Source of the DNA: Leucoraja erinacea
Taxonomy: Eukaryota
Reading direction: 5' to 3'
NCBI RefSeq assembly: GCF_028641065.1
Contig: NC_073391.1
Span: 45,818,001-45,882,000 of the forward strand
Length of the DNA: 64,000 nt
Below the pieces are notes generated by a model. The model did not search any database, was not told where the DNA came from, and was given only the letters and a program-made list of their open reading frames with translations. Position 1 is the first letter of the stretch; each line of letters opens with the position of its first letter. Shown here in pieces: positions 35,781-47,971 of this stretch. A program made the translations under genes and the position numbers.

Positions 35781-35919
35781 ATCTTATGAAACCCGCAAGG
35801 TCACAGGGAGAGCATTAAAACTTACCTGTGGTTTTGCAGCAGCACCAGCAGCTGTGCCACTGTGACAACTTGTGTCCATGCCCTGGTTTATAATTCTTTC
35901 GTTTATTTCCCATGAAAAG

Positions 35920-36690
35920 ACGGCGAATGCTGAGCCGGTGATTTCAGATAATTTCCATCAAAGATTATAGAGCAGTGGTTCCCAACCTTTTTTTGGCCAT
36001 GCCCCATCTAAACACCTCTAAAATCCTGATGCCCCCCCCCCCCCCATGTGTTTATATAATTCTTTCATTTAAAAAGTCAAAATTCTGAAACATAAACTAC
36101 ATGGAAAAAAAAAATACGGCGACCCAGCTGAGTCCGCTCAATTGCCCCCCTTATTTGCAGATCATTTGAGAACCACTGTTATAGAGGATCTTTGATTTCC
36201 ATGGCGCCTTCTTTACCCAGAAACCTCCGCGCGCTGGAACTCGCCCTATGTTGCAGGCGACACCAAGCGCGCAGGCGCCGTGCGGCCAAGGCGATCATGC
36301 GGTCCGTGGACAAAAGACTCCGGAGGATCGGCGGCGGGTAGGAGCGGGGATCCGGGCGCGGGATCAGTCAGCACCGAGGCCCCGGCCTGAGGAGCGGCCC
36401 CCGGCTGCGGGGAGAATCGGTGCGGTCCCCGGCGGCGTGAGCGCATCGAATGCACGGTGACGGATGTTCTGAAGGAGGGTCTCGACCCGAAACGTCGCCA
36501 ATTCCTTCGCCCAATAAAATGCACCTCCAGCATGTTGTGTCTACCGTCGATTTTACCGGCATCTGCAGTTCTTTCTTAAACGGTGACGGATAGACCGGTT
36601 TCTCGCTCCCGGGGGCTTGTGGGCAAAGAGGCGGCCATTGCTTCATTGCCGAACCGCAGAGCGTTTTTTGGAGCGCAAAGCTGGATCTCC
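35920..36690 (+). promoter_or_regulatory. ZNF promoter/exon-1 module (ZNF-7)
   Basis: Conserved module interrupted at 35959-36194. Donor at 36338. Confidence 0.76.
35973..36178. mobile_element. hAT (Charlie-type) MITE
   Basis: Ends CAGTGGTTCCCAA...TTGAGAACCACTG with 8-bp TSD TTATAGAG at 35965-35972 and 36179-36186. Confidence 0.88.
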
Positions 36691-37548
36691 CTGCTCACTG
36701 GAGACTGGTCAGTAGATGTAAGTCAGTAGATGTAAGAAAATGCACAAAGCGTTGGAGTAATGCAGCCGGTCGGACGACCCTGGCGGCGTGAATTCATCGA
36801 ATGCACGGATTGACCGGTGAGAGGAAGGGTCCGACCCGAACAATCACCTATTCATGTTCTCCAGGGATGCTGCCTGACCCGTTGCGTAAATCCTGCACTT
36901 GGTGACTTTGTTTGGTAAACAAGCATCTGCCGTTCTTTGTTCTCCCTAAAGACTCCGGAGGGTCGGCGGTAAGTATGAGCGGGGTCCGCGGGCGGGAGTG
37001 GGAAGATGTGGCGGGATCCCTTTGGAGGTGGCAAAAATGTGGGAGGATTATATGTTTTATGCGACGGAAGTTGAGGACAAGGGGGACTCTGTCCTTGTTA
37101 CGAGTAGAGGGGAGGGGGAGGATGGGGAGTGATAGCGGAGCTGCAGGATAAAGAAGTACTCTGGTGAGAGCCTCATCTATAATAGAAGAGGGGAAACCCC
37201 GTTCCCTAAAGAATTAGGCCCTGGTCTGAAACATCTCATTCTGGATGCAGGTGCAGTGTAGACGGAGGAATTGGGAGTAGGGGATAGAGTCCTTACAGGA
37301 AGCAGGGTGGGAAGAAATGTATAAGAAGGAACTGCAGATGCTGGAAAATCGAAGGTACAAAAAAAAGCTGGAGAAACTCAGCGGGTGCATCTAAGGAGTG
37401 AAGGAAATAGGCAACTCAGACCGAAACCCTTCTTCAGTCTGAGTTTCTCCAGCTTTTTTCTGTACCTGGGAAGAAGTGTAGTCCAGATAGCCATGGGAGT
37501 GATATTTAACTGTTACTTTTATTGGATCCTCTTTTTACAGGATAAGAC

Positions 37549-38526
37549 ATGCAGAGTATTTGTGAACCAAAATCTCAAGTTTGTTCAGCTGAACAGCACC
37601 TCAACGCGTGGGAGGGATTGATTGTGTCAGCTGAGCCGACGAGGGCCAGCATGGAGAAATTGTTCACCACGTCTGAGGCAGGGCAGGGATTCAGCCAATC
37701 TTCCCACCTGGTGACTCTCCACCAAGATCACGCTGTGAGTAAACCATTTGCCTGTCCAGATTGTGGGAAGGGATTCACTCAATCCTGGCACCTGAAGAGA
37801 CACCAGCGGCTTCACACTGGAGAGAGACCATTCACCTGCTCGGAGTGCGGGAAGGGATTCACTAATTCATCTGCATTGTTGAGACACCAGATGATCCACA
37901 CAGGTGATAGGCCGTACACCTGCCCTGTGTGTAACAAGGGATTCCTTCATTCGGTGGCATTAGTGAACCACCAGAGAATTCACACTGGGGAGAGGCCATT
38001 CGCCTGTTCTGATTGTGGGAAAGGATTCGCTCAATCAACTGCATTAATGGCACACCAGAAGATTCACACCGGCGAGAGGCCATTCACTTGTTCTGTGTGC
38101 GGGAAGGGATTCATTCAAACAAGTAACCTGAAGAGGCACCTGCTACTTCACACTGGGGAGAGGCCATTCACCTGTTCTCAGTGTGGGAAGGGATTTACTC
38201 ATTCATCTGCGTTGTTAAGACACCAGATGGTTCACACCGGAGAGAGGCCACACACCTGCTCTGTGTGTAGCAAGCGATTCTTTCATTCAGTTGCATTAGC
38301 GAACCACCAGAGAACTCACACTGGAGAGAGGCCATTCACCTGCTCTTATTGTGGCAAGCGATTCACTCAGTCGACCAGCATGATAACACATCAGAGAATT
38401 CACACCGGAGAGAAGCCGTTCACCTGCTCTGAGTGTGGGAAAGGATTTGGACGATCTTACACCCTGAAGACCCACCAGCGAGTTCACGCTGTGGAGCAAC
38501 CATTTGCTTCTCCCAACTGTGGATAG
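37549..38526 (+). CDS. C2H2 zinc-finger-only protein (ZNF-7), 9 fingers
   Basis: 325-aa ORF. Acceptor at 37539-37540, donor at 36338, AATAAA at 39253-39258. Confidence 0.88.
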   Translation: MQSICEPKSQVCSAEQHLNAWEGLIVSAEPTRASMEKLFTTSEAGQGFSQSSHLVTLHQDHAVSKPFACPDCGKGFTQSWHLKRHQRLHTGERPFTCSECGKGFTNSSALLRHQMIHTGDRPYTCPVCNKGFLHSVALVNHQRIHTGERPFACSDCGKGFAQSTALMAHQKIHTGERPFTCSVCGKGFIQTSNLKRHLLLHTGERPFTCSQCGKGFTHSSALLRHQMVHTGERPHTCSVCSKRFFHSVALANHQRTHTGERPFTCSYCGKRFTQSTSMITHQRIHTGEKPFTCSECGKGFGRSYTLKTHQRVHAVEQPFASPNCG

Positions 38527-39554
38527 CGTTTCACTGATGAATGTAAACTGGTGAAACACCAGATATTTAACAATGGAGCCATGGCATTCACTTGTTTCGT
38601 GTGTGCGAAGGGTTCCACTTGATTATTTGAGATATTGACAAACCAACTCGTTTACATGGTGAGAGTGGGGGAGGTGGGTAGTCATAGAACGATACAGAGT
38701 GGAAACATGCCCTTAACCTGACTCGCCCTCACCAGCCAACATGTCCCAGCTACATTAGTCCCACCTGCCTGCGTTTGGTCCATATCCCTCCCAACCTGTC
38801 CTATCCATGTATCTGTCTAACAGTTTCTGATTACGTTGGGATAGTCCCAGCCTCAACTACCTCCTCTGGCAGCTTGTTCCATACACCCACCACCCTTTGT
38901 GTGAATAAGTTATCCCTCAGATTCCTATTAAACATTTTCCCCTTCACCTAAACCGATATCCTCTGGTCCTCGATTCACCTAAACCGGGCAAGAGACTCTG
39001 TACTTTTACCCAATCTATTCCTCTCATGATTTTATACATGGAGGGGCAGTAAAAATACGTTTCTGGTTTGGTGTTTAACCTTCGTAGTTTCTGAATCCAG
39101 CTGTAAGTCCACAGAGTGTTCGACTCTGAAGTTACTGCCAATATTCATCACATCCAGGACCAAATCTTGGTCACCGGGCACATTTTGGGCATGTTCTGCT
39201 GTTGTTAGTAATTCATTTAACTGCTGTGATTTAATATCTTGGATCTGTGACAAATAAATGAGTTATGTTGTGAAACCCGTGTTTCTCTGCATGCAATGTA
39301 CATAGAGAGGCCATTTGTTACATCTGGTCACCGCCAGTCTTTCTACTGTGATGACTCCTCTTATGTTTACAATGTCCTTGTATTTCTTTGTCCTCTGGGA
39401 AGTGGAGGTGATAACTGTCATCGGTTCATGAGTTTGATAAGTGTAATGATTTTCACAAGTTATCGACCGACCACATAGTTTATGAGAAGTTGCTGTGTTA
39501 CATTATATGCCCCCTCTCCGCCTAAAATTACAAAGTGGCCGTTAGTTATTGGGG

Positions 39555-39900
39555 ATCGCTGAGCCGGTGATTTCAGATCATTTTCACGGTGCCCCTCCTT
39601 AACCAGAAACCTCCAGGTCTTAGAACTCGTCCTATGTTGGACAGTGCTAGCTCCTCCTGAACCTGTTTCTTTATGATAATATGCCCTGAGTGTTAAATGG
39701 CATTACCATTGCCGAGCTACCATTAACCAGGGGCAGGCAGTACCTATCCCAGACATGGATTACATGGTGATGGATTGACTGCTCTCTGCCTCGCAGAGAG
39801 TTCTGGATAAATCGGCAGCCATGGGTATCACACCGGCCCTTCACTCCGACAAATACAGAGTGCGTTTGGAATTGCAAACACGGAACTCCACCAGCAACTC
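39555..39900 (+). pseudogene. Decayed (CpG-depleted) orphan promoter module
   Basis: gctgagccggtgatttcagatcatttt..ccagaaacctcc..agaactcgtcctatgttg and, further on, ggcagccatgggtatcacaccggcccttcact match both flanks of the module. Exon 1 is missing. Confidence 0.6.
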
Positions 39901-40739
39901 TGATGAGTAGATACCAGGAATGGCGGGTGCTGGATTACCAAAAAAAAAACACAAAGTGCTGGAGTAACGCATTCAGTCATACGAAAGGTCCTGAATCTAG
40001 ACATCACCAAAGATGTCTCGCTAGAATTTAGAAGATTGAGGGGGGATCTTATAGAAACTTACAAAATTCTTAAGGGGATGGACAGGCTAGATACAGGAAG
40101 ATTATTCCCGATGTTGGGGAAGTCCAGAACAAGGGGTACAGTTTAAGGGGGAAATCTTTTACTCTTTTAGGACCTAGATGAGAAAAAAAATTTCACACAG
40201 AGAGTGGCGAATCTCTGGAATTCTCTGTCAAAGAAGGTAGTTGAGGCCAGTTCATTGGCTATATTTAAGAGGGAGTTAGATGTGGCTAAAGGGATCAGGG
40301 GGTATGGAGAGAAGGCTGGTACAGGATACTGAGTTGGATGATCAGCCATGATCATATTGAATGGCGGTGCAGACTCGAATGGCCTACTCCTGCACCTAAT
40401 TTCTATGTTTCCATGTTGATATACCTATTAAATTACTCCAGCGTCTTGTATCTTTATTCCCCCCAGAGTATGATCACCCACCCGTGATGTCCAATGGCAT
40501 TACAGTTGTGGAGTTTACTGCCATCAATCTGGGAAAGATTGAAAATGCGAATCATAAAAACTGTCTCGACCTTTAATCACCTTTCCTTCAATACAATAAT
40601 GTTCTCCAGATTTATAACACACGTTTTCCTAGGTCTGAAGAAGGGACTCGACCCAAAACTCACCTATTCCTTCGCTCCATAGATACTGCCTCACTCGCTA
40701 AGTTTCTCCAGCATTTTTGTCTACAATCTATTTTCATAG

Positions 40740-41325
40740 GATCACAACTGTTGCAAAACCACAGCGATTTACTTGAAATTTTCCACCCCGTGAAATGATT
40801 TGATTTTCACAAATAATTCAACATATCGCTTGAGAGAGCTTACCGTGTAAAATTGTCTGCTGAGACGCCCCAAAATAAGATCAAGTGGCCGTTTCGGTCA
40901 AAGGCTGAGATTAGTAATTTCAGATCATGTCCATGGCGCCTTTCTTACCCAGAAACCTCAGCGCCCCAGAAATCTCCCTATGTTGCAGGCGATACCAAGC
41001 GCGCAGGCGCGGAAACCCGGAAGTGGTGCGGTCAAGGCACGCATGCGGACAAAAGACTCCGGAGGATCGGCGGCGGGTAGGAGCGGGGATCCGGGCGCGG
41101 GATCAGTCAGCACCGAGGCCCCGGCCTGAGGAGCGGCCCCCGGCTGCGGGGAGAATCGGTGCGGCCCCCGGGGACACGGTGGCCCGTCACCTGCCGGTCC
41201 TTCCCGATCATCAGTGACGCTGCTGACGGCGGCCGAACCAGGCGACGCATGCGCAAGGATTGCACGGTGACGGATAGACCGGTTTCTGGCTCGCGGGGTG
41301 TTGTGGGTAAAGACAGGGCCATTGG
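40740..41325 (+). promoter_or_regulatory. ZNF promoter/exon-1 module (ZNF-8)
   Basis: Full motif set, donor at 41077. Confidence 0.78.
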
Positions 41326-42370
41326 GCCCAGGTCTCCGGTGCTGTAGTTTGCTGCAGGGCCGTCCCCATCCCCTCTAGGGTCTCCTGTCCGTGGTGGTCC
41401 TGGACTGGCAGGGGAGGTGCTTGCTCCGGACTGACGGGGCACGCTGGCTGTGGGCCTTGAGATCCGGTGTGAGATCCGGTAGGCGGCGCGACTCTGGTCA
41501 GCAGCGGCCTCTGCAGCCTGTCCGCGTTTTTATTTTTTGTCTCTGTGTGGACAATGTAGTTTTTTGTGATTTTATGTTGGGGTGTGTGTGTGGGGGGGGG
41601 GGGGTGGGGTTATTGGGAGGGAGGGGGGGCCACTTTTGAATCTCTCCCTGCACTGGAGACCCAACTTTTTCTCGTCGGGTCTCAGTTGTCGTTGGGGCCG
41701 CAACGAGGAGCGGCCTCCAACAGGAAGAGACCGGGGACTCTGGTGATACGACTCACCGTCGCCGTCGCGGAGCTGGCCGAGACCGGAGCGGGTGGAGCGG
41801 TGGAGGAGCGCTGCTGCTGCTGCTGCTGCTGCTGCCGATTCGGAGGCTGCTGCTGCGGGTCTGTGGACGGCGGCACCGGGAGCCCGCGGATTCCTGGAGG
41901 GAGACCGCTTTTCGGGGCTCCTGCAACGGCGACTTCTCCCGCCCGAGTTGCGGGGTCGAAGAGCTCCTGGAGCGGGGCCTAACACCACTGCCCCGCGCGG
42001 CTTGGAATGGCCGCGGGACTCTGCGAGCGCACACCGGGGTCTTTAACACCAAGACCCGGTGTGCGACCTCGCACCACACGGCGTGGCTTTAATGGCCGCG
42101 GGACAATCGCCATCGCCAGCCGGGGGCTTTGACTTTGACTGACATGTGTAACGGGGGGGGGGGGTTTCATCCATGGGGGGGGGGGCCCAGAGTGCAGTGG
42201 AGAGATAAGTTTTTTTTGGCCTTCCATCACAGCTATGTGATGGATGTTTATGTAAAATGTAATTATGTTGTGTCTGGGGTCTATTTGTGTGTAATGTATG
42301 GCTGCAGAAACGGCATTTCATTTGGACCTCCAGGGGTCCAAATGACAATTAAATAGACTATTGACTATTG
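41326..42370 (+). mobile_element. GC-rich non-coding retroposon-like insertion with a (CTG)n tract
   Basis: Absent from the paralogous intron near 30950. Ends in AATGACAATTAAATAGACTATTGACTATT, a LINE-like repetitive tail. About 9 CTG units at 41811-41836. Confidence 0.55.
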
Positions 42371-42705
42371 GGTAGCCACTCCTCCGGGCCAGTGTCCTGT
42401 CAGTCCGGAGCTGTCGGTTGGCCCAGTGGGATGGGCAGAGTTGGTCTGGAGTTGGAGCTTCTCTGTGCTGACTCTCCATATTCTCCAGAGATGCTGCCTA
42501 ATCGCTGCGATACTTCAGCAGTTTGTCTAATGAAGACAGAAAGTTGGCGAATTTGATGTTGAGCCCAGCCAGAAGATGAGGGCTTGTTCACCCAGCTTAC
42601 TCTTAGTCTCGCTGTCACTGCATATTTCACCACAGAGACAAAAATCACCTTGTCTGAAACACTGATCTTTACCTATTTAATTTTATTGTAACTTCTTTTT
42701 ACAGG

Positions 42706-44070
42706 ATGGAACAGGCAGAGCATTTGTTAACGGGATTCTCAAACGGAGTCACTGTGTCAACTGAGCCGACCAGACGCCAGATAGTTCACAGCATGGATAA
42801 ATTATTCACCAGCTCGCAGTGTGGGCAGGGATTCACTCAATCTTCCCACCAGGTGGCCCACCAGCAAGATGAAACTGTGGTGAAACCACTTGCCTGTTCC
42901 GATTGTGGGAATGGATCCACTCAAGCAAGCCATCTGAAGGGACACCAGCAAATTCACACCTGCTTCGAGTGTGCAAAGAGGTTCACTAATTCTTCCAGTC
43001 TGGTGGCCCACCAACGGATTCACACTGGAGAGAAACCATTTGCCTGTCCCGATTGTAGGAAGTCATTCTCTCGAGCAAACAACCTCCAAATGCACCAGCG
43101 ACTCCACACCGGAGAGAGGCCGTTCATATGTTCTGAGTGCGGGAAGGGATACATTCAATCCACTGATCTACTGAGGCACCAGCAGGTTCACACTCGGGAC
43201 AGGCCGTTCACCTGTTGTGAGTGTGGGAAGGGATTCATTCATGCATACCACCTGAAGAGGCACCAGCTAACTCACACCAGGGAGAGGCCATTCACCTGCT
43301 CTGAGGGTGGGAAGGGATTCACTCAATCTTCCACCCTGGAGACCCATCAACGAATTCACAGCGTGGAGGGACTGTTCACCTGTTGTGAGTGTGGGAAGGG
43401 ATTCAATCAATCCACTCAGCTACTGAGACACCAGCAGGTTCACAATGGGGACAGGCCGTTCACCTGTTCTAAGTGTGGGAAGGGATTCACTCGCTTATCC
43501 AGCATGACAATCCACCAGAGAATTCACACCGGGGAGGGACTGTTCACCTGTTGTGAGTGTGGGAAGGGATTTACTCTAGCAAGCAGACTGAAGAGGCACC
43601 AGCTAACTCACAGTGGGGTGAGGCCATTCATCTGCTCTGAGTGTGGGAAAGGATTCGCCAATTCATCTCAGTTACTGAGGCACTTCAGTATTCACACCGA
43701 AGAGAAGCCATTCACCTGCTCTGCGTGTGGGATGGGATTCAGACAATCAAATGCATTACTGGCTCACCAGAAGATTCACACTCTGGACAGGCTATTCACC
43801 TGTTCTGTGTGTGGGAAGGGATTTCAATATTTTTCATGGCTACAAACACACAAGCGAATTCACACTGGGGAGAGACCGTTCACGTGTTCTGTGTGTGGGA
43901 AGGGATATCCTAAATTATGTGGGCTAAAGATACACGAACGAATTCACACCGGGGAGAGGCCGTTCATCTGCTCTGGGTGTGGGAAGGGATTCGCTCATTC
44001 TTCCAACCTGCGGACCCATCTCCGAATTCACAGGGTGCGTAAATCATTTGCCTCTTCCAACTGTGGGTAG
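42706..44070 (+). CDS. C2H2 zinc-finger-only protein (ZNF-8), 14 finger units (one is CSEG, degenerate)
   Basis: 454-aa ORF. Acceptor at 42703-42704, donor at 41077, AATAAA at 44352-44357. The GERPFT linker is deleted in frame between fingers 1 and 2. Confidence 0.87.
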   Translation: MEQAEHLLTGFSNGVTVSTEPTRRQIVHSMDKLFTSSQCGQGFTQSSHQVAHQQDETVVKPLACSDCGNGSTQASHLKGHQQIHTCFECAKRFTNSSSLVAHQRIHTGEKPFACPDCRKSFSRANNLQMHQRLHTGERPFICSECGKGYIQSTDLLRHQQVHTRDRPFTCCECGKGFIHAYHLKRHQLTHTRERPFTCSEGGKGFTQSSTLETHQRIHSVEGLFTCCECGKGFNQSTQLLRHQQVHNGDRPFTCSKCGKGFTRLSSMTIHQRIHTGEGLFTCCECGKGFTLASRLKRHQLTHSGVRPFICSECGKGFANSSQLLRHFSIHTEEKPFTCSACGMGFRQSNALLAHQKIHTLDRLFTCSVCGKGFQYFSWLQTHKRIHTGERPFTCSVCGKGYPKLCGLKIHERIHTGERPFICSGCGKGFAHSSNLRTHLRIHRVRKSFASSNCG

Positions 44071-45625
44071 GATTTCATTGGTAAATCTAACCTGGTGACC
44101 AACCAGAGAATTAATGCTGGGGAGAAGCCATTCACCTGTCTTGTGCCTTGGAAGGGATGCATTTGAATATCTGGGCTATTGGCACACCAGCTGTTTCACA
44201 CTGAGTGGAAAGTTGAAATACATTTTTTATTTTGATGTCAGTGCTGATGTTTGTCACACATAGGACTGAACCCTGGTCCCTGGGCAAAGTTTGTACTGAT
44301 GTCAGTAACTTGATTAACTGGACTGGAATTTAATATCCTGAGTCTGTGACAAATAAATGTGTTCTGTTGTAAACCCTGTGTCATCTGCCTGCAAAGTACA
44401 TGGGGAGGTTGTTCGGCCCATCTGGTCCCTGCCAGTATTTTATCTTCCACCACTCAGTTGGAATATTCTTGTATATCCTTTATCTCTGTTTTCTCAGCTT
44501 CCTATTAAGTAAATGTCTGTTATTCATCTCTATTTGATTGGAAAATAAAACTTGGAAAGAGGCCCTTTGGCTCACCGAGTTCAGGCCTACTATAGATCAC
44601 CCATAAACGATAAACTAATTCCATGTTATCTCTCCTTTGCGTCCAATGTCTACATACAAAGGGAATTTATAGTGACCAATTAATATTTAATCCCATACTT
44701 CTTCGGGATGTGGAAGGGAACCGGAGGACACAGAGGAGCGTTTGACAGCACTGGGCCTCTTCTCGCTGAAGTTTAGAAGAATGAGGGGGGACTTCAATGC
44801 AACGTCCAGAATAGTGAGAGGCTTGGATAGAGTGGATGTGGAGATAGGTAGATTGACGGGTCTTGACGCGAAACGTCACACATTCCCTCTCCGGGGATGC
44901 TGCTTGTCCCACTGAGTTATTCCAGCTTTTTGTGTCTATCTTAGATAGTTTGTTGATTAGTATGGGTGTCACATATTATAGGTAGAAGGCAGGAGAATGG
45001 GGTTAGGAGGGAGAGATCAGCCATGACAGAGTTCATTTGTTAGGCCAAATGGCATAGTACTGCTCCTATCACTCATGATCTTGCGAAACCTGCAAGGGAA
45101 TCAAAACTTGGCTCTGTGCGATGTTGTACCACTGTGACAACTATTCACGCCTTGATTTGTAATAGTTTAGCTTTGAGATACAGCAAGGAAACAGGCCCTT
45201 CGGCCCACCGAGACCGCACCGACCAGCGATCCCCGCACTAACACTATCCGGGCACTAACTCGTACAAACTCCGTACACCCACTGCGGACAATGGACAAAG
45301 GACATTTATTGTCACATACACCTATTAGTGTAGTGAAATTTGAGTTGCCATTTGCGCACACCAATAATAATAAAACACAACATTAAAGAATTTAACATAA
45401 AAACATCCCCCCACAATGGTTCCCACTGTGAGAGAAGGCAGCAAAGTCCAGTCCTCTTCCTCTTGTTCACCCATGGTCGGGCCTATTGAGGCCTCCGCAG
45501 TCACCGCGGCGGCGGCCCGATGTTTCAGACCCTCTCGCCGGATGATGGAGCTCCGGTATCCGAAGAACACTCTCAGCGGCTTGGAGTGTCTGGAACGGAT
45601 GCTTGCTACCAGAGACCGCTGCGGC

Positions 45626-46160
45626 TGAGGAAGGACATTAAATGATTGCCATAGAGGGAGTGCAGAGACGGTTCACCAGACTGATTCCTGGGATGTCAGT
45701 ACTGTCTTATGAAGAAAGACTGGATAGACTTGGTTTATACTCTCTAGAATTTAGAAGATTGAGAGGGGATCTTATAGAAACTTACAAAATTCTTAAGGGG
45801 TTGTTGGACAGGCTAGATGCAGGAAGATTGTTCCCGATGTTAGGGAAGTCCAGGACAAGGGGTCACAGCTTAAGGATAAAGGGAAATCCTTTAAAACCGA
45901 GATGAGAAGAACTTTTTTCACGCAGAGAGTGGTGAATCTCTGGAACTCTCTGCCACAGAGGGTAGTTGAGGCCAGTTCATTGGCTATATTTCAGAGGGAG
46001 TTAGATGTGGCCCTTGTGGCTAAGGGGATCAGGGGGTATGGAGAGAAGGCAGGTACGGGATACTGAGTTGGATGATCAGCCATGGACCATATTGAATGGC
46101 GGTGCAGGCTCGAAGGGCCGAATGGCCTACTCCTGCACCTAATTTCTATGTTTCTATGTT
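45626..46160 (+). mobile_element. Young CR1 3' fragment inserted in a GC-rich repeat
   Basis: ORF 45642..45905. Flanked by a duplicated taccagagaccgc..ggct at about 45607 and 46160. Confidence 0.85.
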
Positions 46161-46374
46161 ACCAGAGACCGCGGCTCCCGAAGTCCACAGGCCGCGCTGG
46201 TCGGAGCTCCAACACTGGCGATCGCTGCGAAAGATCCCAGGCTCCGCGGATGTTTAATTAATTAAATGATTAAGAAAGAACTGCAGTGTTGGTGCTGGTA
46301 AAATCAAACGTAGACGCAAAATGTTGGAGAAACTCACCGGGTGAGGCAGCATCTATGGAGCGAAGGAAATTGGG

Positions 46375-46715
46375 GAACGCCGAGTCGGTGATTTCATGTC
46401 ACTTCCATGGCGCCCTCTTTACCCAGAAACCTCCGCGCCCCATAATTCGCCCTATGTTGCAGGCCAGATACCCAGCGCGCAGGCGCGGTGAGACCCGGAA
46501 GTGGGTGCGGCCAAGGCGCGCATGCGGTCCGTGGACAAAAGACTCCGGAGGATCGGCGGCGGGTAGGAGCGGGGATCCGGGCGCGGGATCAGTCAGCACC
46601 GAGGCCCCGGCCTGAGGAGCGGCCCCCGGCTGCGGGGAGAATCGGTGCGGCCCGTTAGTGACGTACCTGGCGGCGGATGGCCCTGGTGGCGCATGCGCAT
46701 CGGCTGCACGATGAC
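46375..46715 (+). promoter_or_regulatory. ZNF promoter/exon-1 module (ZNF-9)
   Basis: Full motif set, donor at 46563. Confidence 0.78.
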
Positions 46716-46734
46716 GTTTTTGCCTCAATAAACA

Positions 46735-47392
46735 ATAGGTGCAGGAGTAGGCCATTCGGCCCTTCGAGCCAGCACCGCCATTCAATGTGATCATGGCTGA
46801 TCAGCCCCAATCAGTACCCCGTTCCTGCCTTCTCCCCATATCCCCTGACTCCACTATTTTTAAGAGCCCTATCTAGCTCTCTCTTGAAAGCATCCAGAGA
46901 ATCTGCCTCCACCGCCCTCTGAGGCAGAGAATTCCACAGACTCACCACTCTCTGTGAGAAAACGTGTTTCCTCGTCTCCGTTCTAAATGGCTTACACCTT
47001 ATTCTTAAACTGTGTGTGGCCCCTGGTTCTGGACTCCCTCAACATTGGGAACATGTTTCCTGCCTCTAGCGTATCCAAACCCTTAATAATCTTATATACT
47101 CCAATCAGATCCCCTCCCATCCTTCTAAATTACAGAGTATACAGGCTCAGCCGCTCCAACCTATCAACATAGGACAGTCCCGCCATCCCAGGAATTAAAC
47201 CTTTGCTGCACTCCCTCAACGCAAGAATGTCCTTCCTCAAGTTTGGAGACCAAAACTGCACACAATACTCCAGGTGTGGTCTCACTCGGGTCCTGTACAA
47301 CTGCAGGAGGACCTCTTTGCTCCTATACTCAACTCCTATTGTTATGAAGGATAACAAGCCACTCGCTTTCTTCATTGCCTGCTGTACCTGCA
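46735..47392 (-). mobile_element. CR1 3' fragment
   Basis: ORF 47130..47438 contains VRPHLEYCVQFWSP. Confidence 0.85.
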
Positions 47393-47971
47393 TGAGGGGT
47401 GGTGGGTAAAGAGGCAGCCATGGGTAACATTCCGGCACTTCACTGCCGATTCACAGAGCATGTTTGGAAGCGCTGACCTCTACCTCCCTGCCCTCCAGAG
47501 GGTCTGATCCGGAGATACAAAGTATTATCGATGCTGGCTTACAAAAATGTGACAGACAGTGCTAGAGATGCTGCCTGACCCGCTGTATTGCAGACAGAAA
47601 TAAGTCAGCAAATTTGACTTTGAGCCCAGGCCGAAAATGAGGGCTTGTTCCCCCTATTTACTTTTGGCCGCACCGTTGCAGTGCGATGGTGTGTCTTAGC
47701 ATAGAAACACAAATTGCCTCGTCTAAAACACTGATCTTTACCTATTAATGTTTAAGTAAATGAGTCTGAAGAATTGCCTTGACCCAAAACGTCACCCTTT
47801 CCTTCTCTCCATAGATGTTGCTGTTCCGCTGAGTTACTCCAGCTTTTTGTGTCTATTTGGTGTTTATTGTAAACTATTTTTACAGGAACAAGCAGTGGAT
47901 TTGTGAAAGGGAACCTCAAACTGGTTCAGTTCATCAGTACCCGAGTGCGATTCACTCAACCTTCGCACCTG

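Noticed and set aside
36246-36533. Recurrent ORFs such as GQKTPEDRRRVGAG and ASVLTDPAPGSPLLP in the promoter modules, as a possible new protein domain
   Set aside because: They run through the splice donor, change frame between copies and tolerate indels that are not multiples of three. This is conserved regulatory DNA, not coding sequence.
41682-42046. PolyQ, polyA and polyC ORFs
   Set aside because: They come from a (CTG)n tract inside an intronic insertion.
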